Source of the DNA: Chloroflexota bacterium
GTDB lineage: Bacteria > Chloroflexota > UBA11872 > UBA12225
Direction of reading: 5' to 3'
NCBI GenBank assembly: GCA_009693165.1
Contig: SHXX01000001.1
Coordinates: 71,248 to 135,247, forward strand
Length of the DNA: 64,000 nt
The position numbers and the translations under genes were made by a program. The notes under the pieces were generated by a model that was given only the letters and a program-made list of their open reading frames with translations, was not told the DNA's origin and ran no database searches. Positions within the stretch are counted from its first letter, which is position 1; every line of letters starts with the position of its first letter. Shown one piece after another: positions 30,129 through 38,915 of the stretch.

Positions 30129-31367
30129 CTAGAGAGACGCCAACTGGCCCGCAACGTCACTCCGCGCACCGCTTGCCGCTGGAATCAGACCTGCCAAGAT
30201 CCCAAGGACCACCATCGCCACCGCGAGGGCAGGTTCGATCAGCGACGGGCGCACGATGACCTGCACGTTGCTTGCATCGGTGATCGCCGCGCCGACGCCA
30301 AGTGCGCCGGCGATGCCTCCGGCTACCCCGAACATCGCTCCGAGGACGCTGACGACCAGGCACTCGACGAGGACTATTGCCAGGATTCGTCGTCGCGATG
30401 CGCCAAGTGCGCGAAGGATTGCAAGGTCACGCCTCCGGTCGCTGACTGACCCGTACATCGCGAGGAAGACTGTCGCAGCGGCGATCATCATCGCACCGAC
30501 CGCCACAGCACTGAGGACAGTCTGCGCCTGGCTGACCTGCCGGTTAAGTGCGGCCAGTTCCTGATAGGGCACGACCGCCTGCACTTCGGTTCCGAACACG
30601 CCCGCCAGAGCCTGCTGTTGAATGCGGTAGACGTCGGCAGGAAATGCCCTCGGGACGATGAGAACTGCGGTTACCGCGTCCTTCCCGGCCGGGTCCCCGG
30701 GCGTGACGGTAATTCCCGCGTGGATTTCCCAATAGCTTTCGATCGCGACATAGATGCCGAGATCTGCCGGACTACGGGTTTCGGCAAGAGTGCCCACGAC
30801 CGTATACGGATGAGCGCCGTGGGCGTCATCCTCCTCCTCACCGGGCAGTTCGGGTTCGTCGCCGTGGTCAGCGTGAAAGGTGTCCCCTGGCTTGAGACCC
30901 GTTCGCCGTGCCACCGCCGATCCGACGATCGCTTCGAACGGTTTTGCGAAAACGCGCCCGTCAGTGATGCGGAAGTATGGTGGCGCCGCCGGACGCGCGC
31001 GGGTTCCGAGGAACTCGGGTGTCGTCCCGACAATCTTCATGCGCCGGTAACTGTCGCCGTGGGCAAGCGGTATCGCCAAGGCCACCCCGGGATGCTTCGC
31101 GACGCGGTCAAGTGCGGCCCGTCCGATGTTGCCTACTGGCGTTCCTTGCAGGAGGACTGTGTTTAGGACAAGTTGCTGGGCATTGCCCTTCGCGCCGATC
31201 AGGAGGCCGAAGGGCAATGCGGCCTGGTCAATGCCGGCCTGGACGCCTCGGGATAGGAGCGTCGTTGCCAACGCAAGGGCGAGCGCGAGTCCGACAGCTA
31301 GGGTGGTCAGTCCGTGCGTGACCCATCGCGCGGAGACCTGCCTCCAAGCGATCGAGAGGGAGCTCAT
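30129..31367 (-). CDS. ABC transporter permease, FtsX/MacB-like
   Basis: MSSLSIAWRQVSARWVTHGLTTLAVG.., a large extracytoplasmic loop and a C-terminal FtsX-type 3-TM bundle (..LRALGASRRRIL..). Confidence 0.8.
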   Translation of the reverse strand: MSSLSIAWRQVSARWVTHGLTTLAVGLALALALATTLLSRGVQAGIDQAALPFGLLIGAKGNAQQLVLNTVLLQGTPVGNIGRAALDRVAKHPGVALAIPLAHGDSYRRMKIVGTTPEFLGTRARPAAPPYFRITDGRVFAKPFEAIVGSAVARRTGLKPGDTFHADHGDEPELPGEEEDDAHGAHPYTVVGTLAETRSPADLGIYVAIESYWEIHAGITVTPGDPAGKDAVTAVLIVPRAFPADVYRIQQQALAGVFGTEVQAVVPYQELAALNRQVSQAQTVLSAVAVGAMMIAAATVFLAMYGSVSDRRRDLAILRALGASRRRILAIVLVECLVVSVLGAMFGVAGGIAGALGVGAAITDASNVQVIVRPSLIEPALAVAMVVLGILAGLIPAASGARSDVAGQLASL

Positions 31368-31395
31368 GGCGTGTGGCTCCTGGCGGTCAAACCAA

Positions 31396-31887
31396 CTAGG
31401 CGAGGCGGTATTCGTCCACACGTTCGGCGCGGAGACGCAGTAGCGAGAAGAAGCCGGTGGTCTCGTCAGTGGCCTCTCCAACTTCGAGAAGACCGGTCAC
31501 GGTGACTGGTTCCGGTTCCCCGGGGTTGCGATAGGAAAAGTCAGTGAGCGTCACCAGGATGATGTCCTCCGGCCACTCGGCCGAGGAAGAACAGAAGGGA
31601 CACACCCCAAGCCGGCGTCGTGTCAGGACAAAGAAATCAAGGTCGGGCTTCAGGGGCGGTGCTACCCAGCCACTGACCGTGACCCTTCGGCCATTGGCTG
31701 AAAGCAGTTTCTCGGAGAGATTGAATTGGAGTGGGATCGTGCTTGGTGCGTAGAACTCGCTGAACTTGAGGGAAATCGGCGCTTCGGCCTGAGCACCGGC
31801 CGGTTTCGCGGAGATTGCGCTGATCCCGGCACCGGCAGCCGTGGCCGCCCATCCGAGGATCAACCGGCGATCACTGCGTCCTCTCAT
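31396..31887 (-). CDS. small TAT-signal secreted protein (DUF3299-like, tentative)
   Basis: MRGRSDRRLILGWAATAAGAGISAISA is a twin-arginine signal, and a CPFC motif is present. It sits upstream of the FtsX-like permease in the same orientation (29-nt gap). A GGAAGGAAG Shine-Dalgarno lies upstream. Confidence 0.55.
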   Translation of the reverse strand: MRGRSDRRLILGWAATAAGAGISAISAKPAGAQAEAPISLKFSEFYAPSTIPLQFNLSEKLLSANGRRVTVSGWVAPPLKPDLDFFVLTRRRLGVCPFCSSSAEWPEDIILVTLTDFSYRNPGEPEPVTVTGLLEVGEATDETTGFFSLLRLRAERVDEYRLA

Positions 31888-31967
31888 GGTGACTTCCTTC
31901 CAGCCGGGGTTGACAAACCACACGTGCCCCGTAGTATGCCAATGTTGTGGGTTATTGGCTACGTCAA

Positions 31968-31997
31968 GCCCCTCTCCCGTTGCGTCGGGCGAGGGGC
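31968..31997. terminator. imperfect GC hairpin between the phosphatase gene and the DUF3299-like gene
   Basis: gcccctc-t-cccg ttgcgt cggg-c-gaggggc. It may terminate the minus-strand phosphatase transcript. There is no clear U-tract. Confidence 0.3.
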
Positions 31998-32109
31998 AGG
32001 TTCATGCTAGGGTCTGGTGAAGTGAGCCCGGGATGCTGGGTTGGCCGGGTCCCCGAAACGTCCGCCGGTGATCTTGCACATCGGGCTTCGCCCGGTCGGC
32101 GAGAGCGGG

Positions 32110-33945
32110 TCAATCCCTAGGGACGCCACGGTTCCCCAGAACAGGTCGGTGTTGTCGACCAGGCCATTGGAGAACTCCGAACCAAGACCGGCCGGCCATC
32201 ACTGGCACGTCATCGGCCGTGTGCACCTCCGAATTTGCCGATGCGGGGATGGTCCGGGGCATCATCACTCCCTTGCCAGATGGCGCACGCTTGGGATCAC
32301 CGATGCAGGTGCCCTTGACTTGCGGATCCTCGGTGGTGGGTCCGAGCGGTTCAGCCCACACGGTGGTACCGTCGTCGTCCTCGGGGTGGTTGGCCCAACC
32401 AACCGCAAGGGTGGTCTTGGTCACAGGGGAGTCCGGGAAGCCGTCTCCTCGCTTGCGGGTGAACGTGGGGAATGCGGACTGCTCGTAGGTTCCGACAGCG
32501 TCCGGGCCAATCTTCCCTTCGTACGGTGTGTAGGTTCCGGTGATGCGCAGGGAATGGCTGTGGTCGGCCGTCACGATGATCAGCGTGTCCGGGTGCTTCT
32601 CCTGGAAGCGCCGAGCCGCACCGATCACGTTATCCAACTCGATCTTGTCGTAGACCGCCCGAACCCAGTCCATCGGATGGAGCTGCTTGTCAACCGATCC
32701 CGCCTCGACCATCAGGAAGAACCCATTCGGATTTGTCGCAAGGGCGTCGATCGCCCGTCCGGTCATCTCTGGCAGGTTCGGCTGATCGTTGAACTTGCCG
32801 AGGACGTTCGGGTTCTTTGCCCCTTCGCGGTCATACCAGACTGACATGTTGCCAGTGTGGAAGAGGCCGAGGAGTTTGGTCGCCGAGGCCGGTGTGGCAC
32901 GCAATTCGGTCCGAGTGGGGGCAACTGCATGCCCGGCTGCGCGGAATTCGGCGACCAGGTCTCGGTCGTCAGTACTTGCCCCCTGCGGTGCCTTGGGGAG
33001 GAACCATCGCGAACCGCCACCCATCAGGACATCCGGCCGATGCCCATCCTCAAGCTACGTCGAGGCGGCGAATGCCTGTTCGCAACGGCGACGTGTGTGG
33101 GCGGCAAAAGCGGCCGGCGTGGCATCGGTGATGTCGGCCGTCGAGACGAGGCCGGTCGCCATGCGCCGGGTGCGCTTTGCGAGCTCGAGGATGTTCCCGA
33201 CCCGCGGGTCGTCAGCCGGATCCTTGGTGTTGTCCTCGTAGACGCCCATCCCGTTGACAACCGACTTGTGTCCGGTCGCGTATGCCCAGGCCGAGTTCGC
33301 CGAGACGGTCACGAGTGCGTCATAGCCGCTGGTGGTGACGGTGCCCCGGTATTGCATGCGGTCCATGTTCAGGAAGCCGTCGTACTTGCCCTCGGCAATG
33401 CCCCGGGACACGATGCGCGTCGCGGTGATAGTCGGATCGCCCATCCCGTCCCCGATGAACAGGATCACGTTGCGGGCCTGGCCGGCACCCATTCGCAGGA
33501 CCGTCCATGTGAAGGTATCCACAGAGGAGCGTCCACCGACAGGTGCGATGACCTGCACAGCGACGGGAACCGCGTTCGCAACCGTCACGTTCCGGTAGGT
33601 GACTTCGCCCGACTTGCCCGCGACTTCATTCGTGCGGATGGCGTTGGTGCCTCGGAAGAAGGTGTCGGCATCCTGACCGTTCAAGGTGACCTCAATGCGG
33701 TCGGGTTGCGCGCCGGCAACCTCGACCCGGAAATCGAAACGGGACCCGGCCAGGATATTTGCGTGGTCGATTGGCAAAGCCTTGATGACCACGGGGACGG
33801 ATTGGGCACTGGCTTCCGGCACTCCATGGGTAGCGACGATGGCGGATGCGGTTGCCGCTGTGCCAAGCACGGCGCGTCGCGCAATGCCTCGTGTGGCGCG
33901 GCTAGTGATTCTGCTAGCCGTCGGGGCCGGGACTGGCGGGCTCAT
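32110..33945 (-). pseudogene. TAT-exported alkaline phosphatase (PhoA family) interrupted by an in-frame TAG
   Basis: ORFs 33055..33945 (FIGDGMG, ..VSANSAWAYATG..) and 32110..33024 (..EAGSVDKQLHPMD.., ..VTADHSH..) are in the same frame. They are separated only by TAG at 33055-33057: ..AFAAST*LEDGHRPDVLMGGGSRWF.. Confidence 0.8.
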
Positions 33946-34213
33946 CTGTCTTCTCTCCTCGCGACGGCCTCAACTCAAGGACGGTCGCTGTGTTCCCCAT
34001 GCTTGGACAGCGCGTCCGTTGCCGGACGAGGCGGTACCTGCCACAAATCCGGTTACTTCGGTTCCTGCCGGGGCGACGGGTGGAGAGGGTTGGCCATTTC
34101 CCGCGTCGGTTGGGATTGCACTTGGCGGTCGGAGGTATGACCGCTCGGTAACCCGCGCCGGGGCGCGCAACGGGCACAATGTAGGGAGACCGAACACGAA
34201 CGGACGGACCGAG

Positions 34214-35318
34214 ATGGCGACCGAAGACCTGAAGGCGCGGCTGGAGACCCTGGCGCAGACGATCACGCAGTACCAGGTGCGTCTTTGACCTCGCCGGGAA
34301 GCGGGTCGAGATCGAACGCCTTGAAGAACTCTCGCAGGATCCTGACTTCTGGAATGACCCGCAGCGGGCAGCGGCGACACTTCGAGAACTGAACGGCGTC
34401 CGGGTGACCGTCCAGACTTGGACCGACCTCGGTTCTTCCGTTGCGGACTTGCAGGAGTTCCACGCTGTTGCCGTGTCCGAGGGTGATGCTGATGCCATTT
34501 CCGCTGTTGATACGGAAGGTCAGGGCATCGAGGCGCATGTAGCCAAACTTCGGTTCCAACTTGCTTTGTCGGGACCATATGACCGCAGTGCGGTGATCCT
34601 GGCCGTCCACGCCTCCGAGGGAGGAACGGAGTCTCAGGACTGGGCTGAGATGGTGCTTCGCATGTACACCCGCTGGGCCGAGAAGCGTGGGTGCGATGCC
34701 GAAGTACTGGACGTGACTGTTGGTGATGAAGCCGGGATCAAGAATGCGACCTTGCAGATCACCGGTGACTACGCGTACGGCTACGCACGCTCGGAACGTG
34801 GGGGGCATCGGTTGGTGCGCATTTCGCCGTTCGACGGTCAGCAGCGGCGTCACACCAGCTTTGCGCTGGTCGAGGCGATGCCGGTGGTGGAACACGACCT
34901 TGACGTGGTGATCAATCCCGATGACGTGGAAATGGACGTCTACCGCGCTTCCGGTGCCGGTGGCCAGCACGTCAACAAGACATCGTCTGCCGTCAGGTTG
35001 ACGCACAAGCCATCGGGAATCGTCGTGACCTGCCAGAACGAACGGTCACAGACCCAGAACCGTGAAGTCGCGATGAAAATACTGAAGAGCCGCCTTCTCG
35101 ACCGCCGGCTTGCCGAAGTCGAGGCGGAACAGCGACGGCTTCGGGGTGAACCGATGACAGCGGGGTTCGGCAATTCGATCCGCTCGTACGTGCTTCATCC
35201 GTACAACCTTGTCAAGGACAACCGCACGAGTTTCGAGACCAGCAACACCCAGGGTGTCCTGGATGGCGACCTCGACGCCTTCATGGAGGCGTGGCTGGAA
35301 CAGCAGATCGAGGCCTGA
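34214..35318 (+). CDS. prfB: peptide chain release factor 2, join(34214..34285,34287..35318) via programmed +1 frameshift
   Basis: MATEDLKARLETLAQTITQYQVRL ends at CTT TGA C. The +1 frame continues DLAGKRVEIERLEELSQDPDFWND... with SPF (RISPFD) and GGQ (SGAGGQHVNK) motifs. Confidence 0.95.
34275..34289 (+). promoter_or_regulatory. RF2 autoregulatory +1 frameshift site (AGGTG-cgt-CTT-TGA-C)
   Basis: A Shine-Dalgarno-like AGGTG lies 3 nt upstream of the slippery CTT T, followed by the weak stop context TGA C. This is the same layout as the classical E. coli prfB site. Confidence 0.9.
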
Positions 35319-35496
35319 CGTATTGCGCGTGTCTCCCTTCTCCCGTCGCACCGGTGGAGAGAGGGGGGGACAAATCATCGGCCAGAGTACTCCCGGGTCC
35401 CGATGTGGCACAAGAGCGTGCAAACATCAGGGCCGACGGACCGGGGTATGGATCGCCGCGCGACACGTTCTGTCATCGCCCCGTTTGGTTCCACGT

Positions 35497-36396
35497 ATGC
35501 GCCAACTGTCGCGAATGGTCAGCGTTGCCGGCTACGCCATCGTGACCGCGGTGGTCAACCTTTACCGTCATGGCACCCAGAGTGCGTCGGCGATCTTCGC
35601 CACGGTGGTAATGCTGCTCGTGCTCAATGGCTTCCTGCTGGTGGTGAGTACCTTGAACCTTGCGATCCAGGCGCTTGAACAGAAGGTGAATGTCATCGCC
35701 TACCTCAAGGAGGAGGTCGATGACGAAACCGGGGAAGCACTCAGGGATCGCATCGGTACTGTCGGTTCGGTCGTGGAGACGGTCTACCTGTCCAAGACCG
35801 CTGCCATGGCGCGGTTGCGGGAACAGTTGGCCGACCGCGCCGAGTTGCTCGACATGGTGAGTGGCAATCCCTTGCCCGCAAGCGTCGAGGTTCGGGTACG
35901 GGACGCATCAGAGGTGCGGAAGGTCGCCGAGATCCTTCGTGCCGATCAGTCCGTCGACGAAGTTACGGTGCCGGAAGATGCCGTCGACAGCCTCATCCGC
36001 CTTGCACAGGCTGCACGCTTCGGAGGGGCTTTGACCATCATCGGATTTGCTGGGGTGACGGTCGTCGTGATTGGCAACACCATCCGGCTGGCCGTGTATG
36101 CACGTCGTCAGGAAATTGAACTGATGCGCCTGGTCGGTGCGACCGACTGGTTCATACGGTGGCCATTCGTGATCGAGGGAATGCTATATGGAATCGTTGG
36201 GGCGGTCATCGTCGGGGCCGTGACGCTGATGGCCTTGGGGTCAGTCCAGGGCGCGCTCCTCGATGTCCTCAGATTCCTGCCGATCCGCTCCGATCCCTTG
36301 CTTCCCTTGCAGCTGCTGGTAGTGACCGGGATTGTTGGCATAGGGGTCGGCACTGTCGGCAGTTACGTGTCGGTGCGCCGGTTCCTGGACGCTTGA
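35497..36396 (+). CDS. ftsX: cell-division ABC transporter permease FtsX
   Basis: One N-terminal TM helix, an extracytoplasmic domain (..VIAYLKEEVDD..VYLSKTAAMARLREQL..NPLPASVEV..) and a C-terminal 3-TM bundle. The start is chosen at MRQLSRM. Confidence 0.85.
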   Translation: MRQLSRMVSVAGYAIVTAVVNLYRHGTQSASAIFATVVMLLVLNGFLLVVSTLNLAIQALEQKVNVIAYLKEEVDDETGEALRDRIGTVGSVVETVYLSKTAAMARLREQLADRAELLDMVSGNPLPASVEVRVRDASEVRKVAEILRADQSVDEVTVPEDAVDSLIRLAQAARFGGALTIIGFAGVTVVVIGNTIRLAVYARRQEIELMRLVGATDWFIRWPFVIEGMLYGIVGAVIVGAVTLMALGSVQGALLDVLRFLPIRSDPLLPLQLLVVTGIVGIGVGTVGSYVSVRRFLDA

Positions 36397-36408
36397 GGTC
36401 AGCCGACG

Positions 36409-37182
36409 ATGATCATCCTTCGCAACGTGATCAAGGCCTATGGCAGTGGCAAGCAGGCATTGTCTGGCATCACGCTGACCGTGCCCAACGAGGATTTCGT
36501 GTTCTTGGTCGGAGGGAACGGCGCAGGCAAGAGCACACTGCTGAAATTGCTGATCCGGCAGGAAGTGGCTACGTCCGGCGTGATCATGGTGGCTGGCCAC
36601 GACCTCAAGACCTTGCCCGACCGTCGTGTTCCAGCCTTCCGTCAGCAACTTGGGGTCGTGTTCCAGGACATCCGTCTCTTTCCCCAGCAGACGGTGGAGG
36701 AAAATGTCGCCTTTAGCCTGCGGGTCGCCGGTATGGACCGGCGGGTCGGATCGCGCGATCTCGTTGCCGAGGCGATGGACCTGGTCGGGATGTCCGGGTA
36801 TGCCCGTCGGTTTCCGCATCAGCTGTCGGGCGGTGAGCAGCAACGGGCGGCGATTGCGCGGGCAATCGTCCGTTCTCCAACGCTTCTCCTTGCTGACGAA
36901 CCGACCGCCAGTCTCCCGCCCGACGTCTCATGGCAGATCATCGAACTCCTCGGTGCGATCAATCGGCGAGGCGTAACCGTGATCGTTGCGACACATGACC
37001 GGGACGTGGTGAACCGGATGCGTCGCCGGGTCGTCGAGCTTGATGCGGGGCTCGTTACTCGCGACGATCGCTTCGGGAGATTTGGATCCGGGGCCGCCGA
37101 GGAAAGCGTATTCAAATCAGCAGTGGCGCAGTGGGGTGAGGGTGGGCTGACGCTTCCCGGCGTCCAGGGGCCGGCTGGATGA
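36409..37182 (+). CDS. ftsE: cell-division ABC transporter ATP-binding protein FtsE
   Basis: ..NVIKAYGSGKQAL..GGNGAGKSTLLKLL..VFQD..LSGGEQQR..LLLADEPT..ATHD.. matches the FtsE pattern. There is a ~35-aa C-terminal extension. Confidence 0.9.
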   Translation: MIILRNVIKAYGSGKQALSGITLTVPNEDFVFLVGGNGAGKSTLLKLLIRQEVATSGVIMVAGHDLKTLPDRRVPAFRQQLGVVFQDIRLFPQQTVEENVAFSLRVAGMDRRVGSRDLVAEAMDLVGMSGYARRFPHQLSGGEQQRAAIARAIVRSPTLLLADEPTASLPPDVSWQIIELLGAINRRGVTVIVATHDRDVVNRMRRRVVELDAGLVTRDDRFGRFGSGAAEESVFKSAVAQWGEGGLTLPGVQGPAG

Positions 37183-38867
37183 AGCCGGTTTCCCCACCGA
37201 CATCACGGACTAGGGATCGCAGACTTCCCCACCGGCAGGGTTTCTCCGTCTGGTCTGCCTTGAGGCCTCTGTTACCGGTGTTGGTCCCGCTCATCCTTCT
37301 CTACGGCCCGCTTGTGCCCGGCGCGGTGGCCGAGGGATTGCTCGATGCGCTGCAATCCCGTCTTCTGCAGGCGCAACAGGCGGTGCGCTCCGTCACTGGC
37401 GCACGTGACCAACAGGCACGCCGCGCCGAGGACTTGCGTGGCGCGACCAAGTCCCTCGCCGATGAGTTGCGTCGCCTCGACGAGGAAATCATCGCGACGG
37501 TCGGGAAGTTGCGCGAAGCCGAGATTGATCTCGGCCGACTGGTATCCGAGACCGAGTCGCTCGAAGGCCAGATTGATGACCAACTCAGTGCAGTCCTGGC
37601 CCGTGCCGATGCGTACGGCAGTCACCTGACGATTCTTTACAAGGCGACCAGGACCACGGCACTTGAACAGATCCTTTCGTCTCGCAGTCTCGGCGAGGCC
37701 GTCCAACGGATGGTCGCGATGCGTGCCGTCGCCCAGGTGGACACCAGATTGCTCGGGCAACTCAAGCGGGACCATGCCACGCTGATCGAGAAGCAGGAGG
37801 CACTGGCCCGGACCAAACAGGCTGCGGCGGCCCGACGGGACGAGATTGACGCCTCTCTCGCTTCTCTCCAAGCGGCCCGCGACGAACACGCCGTTGTTGT
37901 TGCGAAGGCCGAAGCGGAGGCCAAGGACGCCGAGGTCAAGCTGACCGATTACGACCGTCAGGCGCGTGAACAGGTTTCGGCTATCGGGGTGATCCAGCAG
38001 CAATACCAGCAGCAACTGCGTGAAATCGAGAGGGAACGCGAGCTTGAGGCCCAGCGCGAGGCCGTAGCACGTGTCGCGAGCGAACGGGCAACCGCCGTCG
38101 CCGCACAGGCAGAGGCCACGAAGCAGGCTGGTGCCAGTGCCGAGGCGACCCGGCAGGCGGTTGCCCAAGTGCAGGCAACGCAGACCGCGCTTGCCGGTCA
38201 GGCACGCGCCCTTGCAACCGTGTACGCACAGGGAACCGTCGTGGCAAGGCAGACTGCCACGGCCTTGGCAAGCCGGAGCGGCGGTACTCCTGCTGCCACG
38301 CGCCCACCTGGTGCGTCCGCGGTGCTCACACCGACGCCGATCGCGGCAATCGCCGCACTTGCCCAACGGCCTGCCCCCACCGTTGTGTCGTCACCCTCGC
38401 CCGTTTCTGTGGCCGGCAGCGTCCGTACGAACCTCCTGCGGCCGTCCACCCTCGGATTTGTCTGGCCTGTGACCGATCCTGACGTCACGACCGAATTCGG
38501 CGAACGGAACTTCGCGCAGTCGTTCCACACCGGGATCGATCTTGCGAAGCCGATGGAAACCGCCATCCGCGCCGCCGCCGATGGCATTGTCCTGAAGGCG
38601 GGGCTTGCCATTCCGGGGCAGCCATCAGCCAGCTACGGCATGATGGTTGTCGTGGCGCACGGCCCGACCCTTGCCACTCTTTATGCCCATCTGGATCACC
38701 GCGGGATGCCCCCCGTGGTCAAGGAGGGTCAGGTGGTCCGTCGTGGCCAGGTCCTCGGGTACGTCGGCATGACTGGGCTGACAAGCGGACCACACGTGCA
38801 TTTCGAGGTACTTGTCAATGACCAGCCGATAAATCCCCGCAAGTACCTTCCGGCAAGCATGGGCTAG
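37179..38867 (+). CDS. coiled-coil M23-family metallopeptidase (EnvC-like architecture, catalytic residues present)
   Basis: ATGA overlap with ftsE. Signal/TM segment, about 300 aa of heptad-like coiled coil and an Ala/Thr-rich linker. The M23 core shows FHTGIDL ... GLTSGPHVHFEV. Confidence 0.85.
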   Translation: MKPVSPPTSRTRDRRLPHRQGFSVWSALRPLLPVLVPLILLYGPLVPGAVAEGLLDALQSRLLQAQQAVRSVTGARDQQARRAEDLRGATKSLADELRRLDEEIIATVGKLREAEIDLGRLVSETESLEGQIDDQLSAVLARADAYGSHLTILYKATRTTALEQILSSRSLGEAVQRMVAMRAVAQVDTRLLGQLKRDHATLIEKQEALARTKQAAAARRDEIDASLASLQAARDEHAVVVAKAEAEAKDAEVKLTDYDRQAREQVSAIGVIQQQYQQQLREIERERELEAQREAVARVASERATAVAAQAEATKQAGASAEATRQAVAQVQATQTALAGQARALATVYAQGTVVARQTATALASRSGGTPAATRPPGASAVLTPTPIAAIAALAQRPAPTVVSSPSPVSVAGSVRTNLLRPSTLGFVWPVTDPDVTTEFGERNFAQSFHTGIDLAKPMETAIRAAADGIVLKAGLAIPGQPSASYGMMVVVAHGPTLATLYAHLDHRGMPPVVKEGQVVRRGQVLGYVGMTGLTSGPHVHFEVLVNDQPINPRKYLPASMG

Positions 38868-38915
38868 CCAAGTCCCTGGCGGAGTGCGGTTGGGCAACGG
38901 GGGAAGTTAGGCGCG

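Noticed and set aside
32041-32844. 267-aa plus-strand ORF downstream of the orphan promoter-like sequence
   Set aside because: It is antisense to the alkaline phosphatase coding sequence and its translation has no recognisable features. It is treated as a shadow ORF.
29088-33057. In-frame TAG codons in two neighbouring phosphatase genes as possible pyrrolysine or TAG recoding
   Set aside because: TAG is used as the ordinary stop of nearby intact genes (codons at 2907-2909, 3852-3854 and 5023-5025). No pyl genes or PYLIS-like context are visible, and one of the two genes also has a frameshift. Pseudogenisation is the simpler reading.
35325-35375. Imperfect hairpin (tctcccttctcc ... ggagagaggggg) after prfB as an intrinsic terminator
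   Set aside because: The stem needs several G-U pairs and a mismatch, the loop is 12 nt, and no U-tract follows. That is too weak to call.
37272-38366. 364-aa minus-strand ORF
   Set aside because: It is antisense to the M23 peptidase gene and has no recognisable motifs.
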